This document shows positions 61,524 through 64,000 of a stretch of DNA of 64,000 nt, in pieces (the stretch's first letter is position 1; the number at the start of each line of letters is the position of its first letter). The DNA comes from Chiloscyllium plagiosum (Eukaryota). The notes beneath the pieces are model-generated. The model did no database searches. It was given only the letters and a program-made list of their open reading frames with translations, and was not told the DNA's origin. The position numbers and the translations under genes were made by a program. Where the stretch lies: contig NC_057720.1 of NCBI RefSeq assembly GCF_004010195.1, positions 24,920,500-24,984,499 of the forward strand, read 5' to 3'.

Positions 61524-62097
61524 GTATGTCTGTTCTTTGCTTTGTTTGGAGAGTATTGCTTTTGCTTGTTTGAATTATTGAAGATTGTGTAGAACTCATG
61601 AATGTATTCCTTTTTTGAAGTTTTCAGGAATGTTGTGTGAAATTTACAAGACTTTACTGAAACATTAATGCTAAGACATTATTTTCTTGCAGCTGAACAT
61701 TGAACAGGGCAGCAATGTGAAGCTTAATTCAAATAATTCTTTAATTTCAACTAATGAACTTAAGTTGCCCCTCATGGGAACTAGTTCTGATCTCAATTCC
61801 TAGCCAACCATTAGATTTAAATTTCTCAAACTGTCTTGTAAATATAACCTAAATATTTAAGTTCTTTGATATTAGCAGGTAATTCTCTCTCTAATAATTG
61901 AAGGAAGAGTTCTTTCTGTTCATGACAAGTAACGTGTGTTAATCACCAATTAAAAATCCAATCTCTTCTGAAGTATGGTATTAAGAAATGTCTGGTTACA
62001 TTTTGTTTCTGTCCACTGATCCAGTTCTCAACAGACTCTGGCAGTTGGCTGGAAGTTCTTTAGACAGGCAGTTTTTTATTCCACTGTCCAGTTCTCA

Positions 62098-62860
62098 ACA
62101 TAACGAACAACAGGAGTAGGTTGTATGGTTCCTTGAATCTGCTCCATCATTCAATTTGATATTGGATTTAAGTTAACTTCATTTCCATGCACTTGATCCC
62201 TGGTTATAGCTCTCAGCTGTGATCTTGTATATTTTATGATCCAGCTCCACAGTGGTGAAGTAGAGAATTCCAAGCTTTTTTGAGGAGAAATTTCTTCTTT
62301 CCATCTCTAAATGGGCAAGTGCCTTATTCTAAAACCAGGTTCCCTAGTTGCAGGTTTTCCATATGAGGTGCCATCCTCTCAACATTGATCCCCCTCTGTT
62401 TGGATCTTCCTATCCAAAGCTGACCTCTGTCTAAGCTTCAATGGCTAAATGCTCAACCTTTGCCATAACAAGACTTTTGATTTCTTAAGAATAAATCACT
62501 AAACCATGTCTGAACTGTCTGCAATGCAAGTCAAATTAAAAGCCTACATGGTAGTCTGCATGCTGCTGTTACAGCAAGATGTGTATAATCCATCCCTCTT
62601 GCAATGAAGATCAACATTCCATTTTCCTTTCTAATAGTTTGCTGTATGTGTAGTGACTTTGGGATTCATGTACAAGGGTGCCTATTTTTTTTTTGGTACC
62701 AAACATTCTGTAATTGCACTCCATTTAAACTTGCTCTTCTGTTCTTGCTGTGTAAGTGGATAAACTTGTCTAAATTAGATTTTATCTGCCACATTTTTAC
62801 TTAAACTAGCTCTGTCCCTCATGCAAACTAGTTACAATGCTGTTAGCCTTTCCCTCAGAG
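62098..62860 (-). mobile_element. Degenerate CR1 3' fragment
   Basis: CATAAC.AACAACAGGAGTAGG..., GCTCCATCATTCAAT, AGAGAATTCCAA, GAAATTTCT motifs. Confidence 0.7.
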
Positions 62861-62879
62861 AATTGGCATTCATTCCAAT

Positions 62880-63330
62880 AGTAAACAGGAAGGATGTGCT
62901 GGACATGGAGCACATTCAGAGGATGTTCTCGAGAGTGGTCCCAGGAATGAAAACCTTAATGTTTGAGGACTCTGGGTTTATATTCAATGGCATCTAGAAG
63001 GATGAGGGGGTGATCTAATTGAAACATGCAGAATACTGAATGGCCTGGAGAGTAGATGTTCGGAAGACGTTTCCACTGGTAAGAGAGACTAGGACCTGAT
63101 GGCACAGCCTTAAAGGGAGGACCTTTTGTAGAACTAAGATAAGGAGAAACTACTTCAGCCGGAGTGGTGAACCTATAGAGTTCATCGTCACAAGGTTATA
63201 GAGGCCAGGTCATTTGAGTATATTTAAGATTGAGATAACCAGTGATACTCAAGAACCTATCAGCCATGATTGAATGGCAGAGCAGACTCTATGGGAAGAA
63301 TGGCCAAATTTCTGCTGCTGTCTTGTCTAA
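62880..63330 (+). mobile_element. CR1 3' end fragment
   Basis: AGAAGGATGAGGGGTGATCTAATTGAAAC (RMRGDLIE) and CAGCCATGATTGAATGGCAGAGCAGACT tail. Confidence 0.8.
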
Positions 63331-63706
63331 ATAGTGGAGGTCCCAGCCCCGATCCTGGTGCCACTGTGGGTTGAAATCATTGAAAATGATCATTTTATCC
63401 CAATTGTTTTCTGGTGGTTGCTTTTGAATTCCAGCTAATAGATTACTCCCAACACAATGAGTTTATATTTTTTTAAAGTACTTGAGAACACAACTGTGCT
63501 ACATCTTCCCCGTATTCCCCCCTGCCTCCGGTTCATTGGATTATCAGTGATCTCTCCAGTTACTTGATGATGCTTTCATTGTGGAGATGGGACGATGATT
63601 TGAATTGGTTTTCTACATTTCCTACTGCCTTTCAATAACTGTACCGCTGTAAAAGCTGTATTGTTCTGTTGGAATACTAATTGATTTTATTTTCAACATT
63701 CTACAG

Positions 63707-63787
63707 TTTTTGATGGCTGGCTGGGCTACAGGATATACATTCCGGTGTGATCCAGTGGATTATTCAAATAGCCCCAGAGCTCTTCGA
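63707..63787 (+). CDS. ELOVL1: ELOVL1 coding exon (81 nt): FLMAGWATGYTFRCDPVDYSNSPRALR
   Basis: Acceptor ttctacag|, donor CGA|gtaagt. Phase 0 continues the previous exon. The RCDPVDYSNSP.ALR motif is ELOVL1-like. Confidence 0.95.
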
Positions 63788-64000
63788 GTAAGTGCAGAGT
63801 CTTGTTTCTATCTGTTCTAATGTACAGTCTCTTGATGCTGATTTGAATCAAGTCTCTGAATATGTATTTCTCCTTGCCCACACCTCTTCTCTTCTCCCTC
63901 TTTTCTCTCTCCTCCGTGCACGTGCACTCTATTTCCACTGTGTAACATTGCTGTTTTCTGGGTTCTTCTGTTGACACTCCGGTTTTATACACCTTGCCTG

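Overview
Vertebrate nuclear DNA: AT-rich, CpG-depleted and dense in repeats. The SINE/LINE types (HE1-like V-SINE, SacSINE1-like DeuSINE, many CR1-clade LINEs, Penelope-like elements) point to a cartilaginous fish, probably a shark (inference). The only host gene I can support is ELOVL1 (very-long-chain fatty acid elongase 1) on the + strand. Its first three coding exons lie at 58728-58785, 61333-61523 and 63707-63787, and the gene continues beyond the window. The upstream ~58 kb is intronic or 5' flanking sequence, with a CpG-enriched candidate promoter near 36.4-37.4 kb. Almost all ORFs in the supplied track are transposon fragments or chance. The most interesting signal is a set of minimal type-I hammerhead ribozyme motifs (CUGANGA-A-stem II-GAAA-short palindromic stem III-NUH), from three distinct families that are Penelope-like or presumed related. 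One family has produced several ~180-230 bp non-coding fold-back insertions with 9-16 bp target-site duplications, and their inversion point repeatedly falls at the hammerhead core. Repeat boundaries were read by eye and are approximate. Family names come from recognition, not database searches.
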